From Halopseudomonas sp. (lineage in GTDB: Bacteria > Pseudomonadota > Gammaproteobacteria > Pseudomonadales > Pseudomonadaceae): a DNA stretch of 64,000 nucleotides. Of this stretch, positions 61,628 to 64,000 are shown in pieces; position 1 is the stretch's first letter, and each line of letters begins with the position of its first letter. The stretch covers positions 12,465 through 76,464 of the forward strand of contig NZ_JAYPMU010000016.1 in the NCBI RefSeq assembly GCF_038130085.1, read 5' to 3'. Under the pieces are notes generated by a model. The model searched no databases. It was not told the DNA's origin and saw only the letters and a list, made by a program, of their open reading frames with translations. The translations under genes were made by a program, and so were the position numbers.

Positions 61628-62892
61628 TGTTCTCCTGTCACCACCGGCAACCGTACTTCGGTCAGGGTACCACCGCCATCCTGATTAAACAGCTTTACGC
61701 TGCCGCCCAGCCGCGAAACGGCCGCCTGACTGAGGAACAGTCCAAGCCCAAAGCCCTTCTTGCCCTTGGTCGTCACAAAGGCCGTGCCCAACTGCTCAGC
61801 GATATGCAGCGGCACACCGGGGCCGTGATCACGAATCCGCAGGGTCAACTGGCTGCTGTCCCAGTGCAGGCTGATCTGAATGTTGTCCGGGCAGGCGTCA
61901 GCTGCGTTGTTGAGCAGATTGAGAATGCCCTGCCCCAACTCGGGCGTCGCGCGCAGCTGTGGCGCGCTGCCCTCGGGCAACGGCAGCATCTGCCAGGAGG
62001 CCTCCGGGCGCATCAGCTGCCAGCGCGCCAGCAGCGCGCGCAGCCATTCGTCGCCAGGCAGCACTTTCTCCGGCTGGCGGCGACTGTCTTCGGCACTGCG
62101 CACCATGTGCTGCAGGCTCTCCTTGCAAAGTTTGACCTGCTCCTGCAGCACCGCCAGATCTTCCTGCAGCTGCGGGTCCGAGTGGTCCTTGCTGATCTCC
62201 TTGAGCAGCACACTCATGGTCGACAGCGGGGTCGACAGTTCATGTGCCGCCCCCGCAGCCACACTGGCAATACCCAGCAGCTGGGCGTCACGCACGCTCT
62301 GCTCGCGACGCTCGGCCAGGCGATCGGCGTGCTGGCGCAGGGCGTCGGCCATGCGCACCACAAACAGGCTGATCAGACCGGCGCTCATGGCGAAGTTGAG
62401 CCACATGCCGATCACGTGCAGGTTCACCAGTCCGCCGGCCAGCGGAATATCGAAGGCATTGAGCGGCATGTACCAGATCAGCAACGCGCTGTAGGACGTC
62501 ACCGCCACGATCGCCAGCACCGCGGTAAAGAACCAGGGCAGCGTCGCGGCTGCGATGGTCAGCGGCACCAGATAGTAAGAAACGAAGGGATTGGTCGGGC
62601 CGCCCGAGTAGTAGAGCAATACGCTGTGGATAGCCATGTCGAACAGCAGCTGCAGGGCGTACTCGATACTGGTGACCGGCCAGTTACTGCGCAGGCGCAG
62701 CAGGGTCAGGATACTCACCGCCGCCGACACACTGAGGGTGATCAATAGCGGCGTCCACGGCAGCGGGAACCAGCCACTCAGATAAGCGGCCATCACCGAG
62801 ATACTCTGGGCCAGCAGTACCAGCAGGCGGATCAACACCACGCGCCAGAGATTTTGACTGGAGGGAGACAGGGCCAGGGTGTTAGGGCTCAT
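61624..62892 (-). CDS. regB: RegB/PrrB/RoxS redox sensor kinase
   Basis: GGPTNPF quinone-binding motif, AAHELSTPL, NLLNNAADA and GLGLFLS; start at MSPNT. Confidence 0.93.
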   Translation of the reverse strand: MSPNTLALSPSSQNLWRVVLIRLLVLLAQSISVMAAYLSGWFPLPWTPLLITLSVSAAVSILTLLRLRSNWPVTSIEYALQLLFDMAIHSVLLYYSGGPTNPFVSYYLVPLTIAAATLPWFFTAVLAIVAVTSYSALLIWYMPLNAFDIPLAGGLVNLHVIGMWLNFAMSAGLISLFVVRMADALRQHADRLAERREQSVRDAQLLGIASVAAGAAHELSTPLSTMSVLLKEISKDHSDPQLQEDLAVLQEQVKLCKESLQHMVRSAEDSRRQPEKVLPGDEWLRALLARWQLMRPEASWQMLPLPEGSAPQLRATPELGQGILNLLNNAADACPDNIQISLHWDSSQLTLRIRDHGPGVPLHIAEQLGTAFVTTKGKKGFGLGLFLSQAAVSRLGGSVKLFNQDGGGTLTEVRLPVVTGEH

Positions 62893-62952
62893 GAGCGATC
62901 GGTGCGGCACGCAAAAAACTCCAGTATAGGCAGCCCGCACAGCGGGGCCGAG

Positions 62953-62967
62953 GTGACACAGGGTCGC
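62953..62967. promoter_or_regulatory. Possible RegA/RoxR binding site
   Basis: GTGAC-ACAGG-GTCGC, close to GCGRC-N5-GYCGC. Confidence 0.3.
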
Positions 62968-62992
62968 ACAAACCGGCGCGACCGGGAATCGG

Positions 62993-63019
62993 GAACCTGT
63001 GCCTCTGGCACGGGTCTGA
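62993..63019 (+). promoter_or_regulatory. sigmaE/AlgU-type promoter for the SIMPL gene
   Basis: GAACCT-N16-TCTGA versus consensus GAACTT-N16/17-TCTGA. Confidence 0.55.
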
Positions 63020-63044
63020 CACAGCACTGAACAAGGAGAACGCC

Positions 63045-63746
63045 ATGCGTAAACTGTTTCTGCCAATAACCGGCCTGCTGCTCGCCGGGTCCCTGATGGC
63101 CAGCGCCGCCCAGGCGGATGACGTCCGTTACAACCAGATTTCCCTGCGCGCGCAGGTTGAACAGGCGGTCAACCACGACACCATGCAGGTCACCTTCTAC
63201 ACCGAAGCCCAGGACCGGGATCCGGCCAAACTGGCCGAAACCATCACCCGCCGCCTCAACGCCGGGCTGGAAACCGCACGCAAGGCCAACGGCATCCGGG
63301 TCAGCAGCGGCAACCGCAGCAGCCATCCGGTGTATGACGAGAAGGGTGAAAACATTGTCGGTTGGCGTGAGCGCGGGGAGATCAGCATTGAAGGCAGCGA
63401 CTTTGCAGCCATTTCCGCGCTGACCGGCGAGATGCTCGGCGAGCTGAGCCTCAGCAGCATGCAGTTCAGCCTGTCCTCCGATAGCCGCCGGCAGACCGAA
63501 GACCAGTTAATCGCCAAGGCCATCGAAGCGTTCAAGGCCCGTGCCGACATTGCCACCCGCAGCCTCGGCGGCAGCGATTACAAGATCGTCAACCTGAACC
63601 TCAACACCCAGTACGTGCAGCCGCTGCGTTACCGCGCGGAGAAGGTCATGATGGCCGCCGACATGGGTGGCAGTGCGCCGCAGGTCGAAGGCGGCCAGTC
63701 CGACGTGACCGTCAGCGCGGACGGCGTCATCGAAGTGCGCGACTAA
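63045..63746 (+). CDS. SIMPL domain (DUF541) periplasmic protein
   Basis: Signal peptide, YNQISLRAQV, AIEAFKARAD and GGQSDVTVSADG.IE. Confidence 0.88.
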   Translation: MRKLFLPITGLLLAGSLMASAAQADDVRYNQISLRAQVEQAVNHDTMQVTFYTEAQDRDPAKLAETITRRLNAGLETARKANGIRVSSGNRSSHPVYDEKGENIVGWRERGEISIEGSDFAAISALTGEMLGELSLSSMQFSLSSDSRRQTEDQLIAKAIEAFKARADIATRSLGGSDYKIVNLNLNTQYVQPLRYRAEKVMMAADMGGSAPQVEGGQSDVTVSADGVIEVRD

Positions 63747-63771
63747 CCCCTGCCCGCCCCTTCATGCGTCC

Positions 63772-63987
63772 TCACGGGCGCATGAAGGCATATTCTTCGT
63801 CATCGTCCAGATTGCTGGCCAAAAAGCTCAGTTCGCTGGCGATGTCCTGCTGAGTGCGCCCCTTCTTGTAGACCGCAATCACTTCGCTCATCAGCGCGCG
63901 GGCCAGCGCCTGCTCGTCGTAACCTGCTGCGGCAGCCTTCTCAATGGCCTCAGCCATCACCTGTTGGGCAATTTTATAGGCAGACAT
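63772..63987 (-). CDS. Small hypothetical protein
   Basis: 71-aa ORF with an RBS (AAGGAGAG), ending in DDDEEYAFMRP. Confidence 0.75.
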   Translation of the reverse strand: MSAYKIAQQVMAEAIEKAAAAGYDEQALARALMSEVIAVYKKGRTQQDIASELSFLASNLDDDEEYAFMRP

Positions 63988-64000
63988 GTCATCTCTCCTT

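Overview
A GC-rich gammaproteobacterial chromosome segment. The gene content (roxSR/regBA-SIMPL, Pseudomonas-type Leu dehydrogenase, DUF1329, type III ornithine decarboxylase) suggests Pseudomonadaceae, possibly Halopseudomonas-like; this is inference. In order, it holds: a c-di-GMP/two-component signalling block (1-11.3 kb); an SDR plus a GFA/nitrilase/GNAT/SnoaL cluster; fatty-acid genes (DUF1329, acyl-CoA ligase, thiolase, MFE-type SDR); urtABCDE; a lone, A/T-richer GIY-YIG nuclease; an ornithine decarboxylase with a roughly 315-nt structured 5' leader; and a Fur-boxed exbB-exbD-exbD-tonB-TBDR-piuC-FMN oxidase operon. Next come two divergent sigma54/NtrC-type nitrogen operons. One is a porin plus nitrate-type ABC transporter behind an ANTAR two-hairpin antitermination leader. 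The other is a guanidine ABC-cgdAB-carboxylase operon carrying both a guanidine-I riboswitch at its 5' end and an internal guanidine-II riboswitch just before the carboxylase, with no allophanate hydrolase gene in the window. The window ends with AGCS-aspA-ansA/XRE, prfC, TatD, SDR, ldh, Tim44, regAB and SIMPL. I saw no tRNA, rRNA, CRISPR array, transposase or integrase. All calls come from motif reading by eye; no searches were run.
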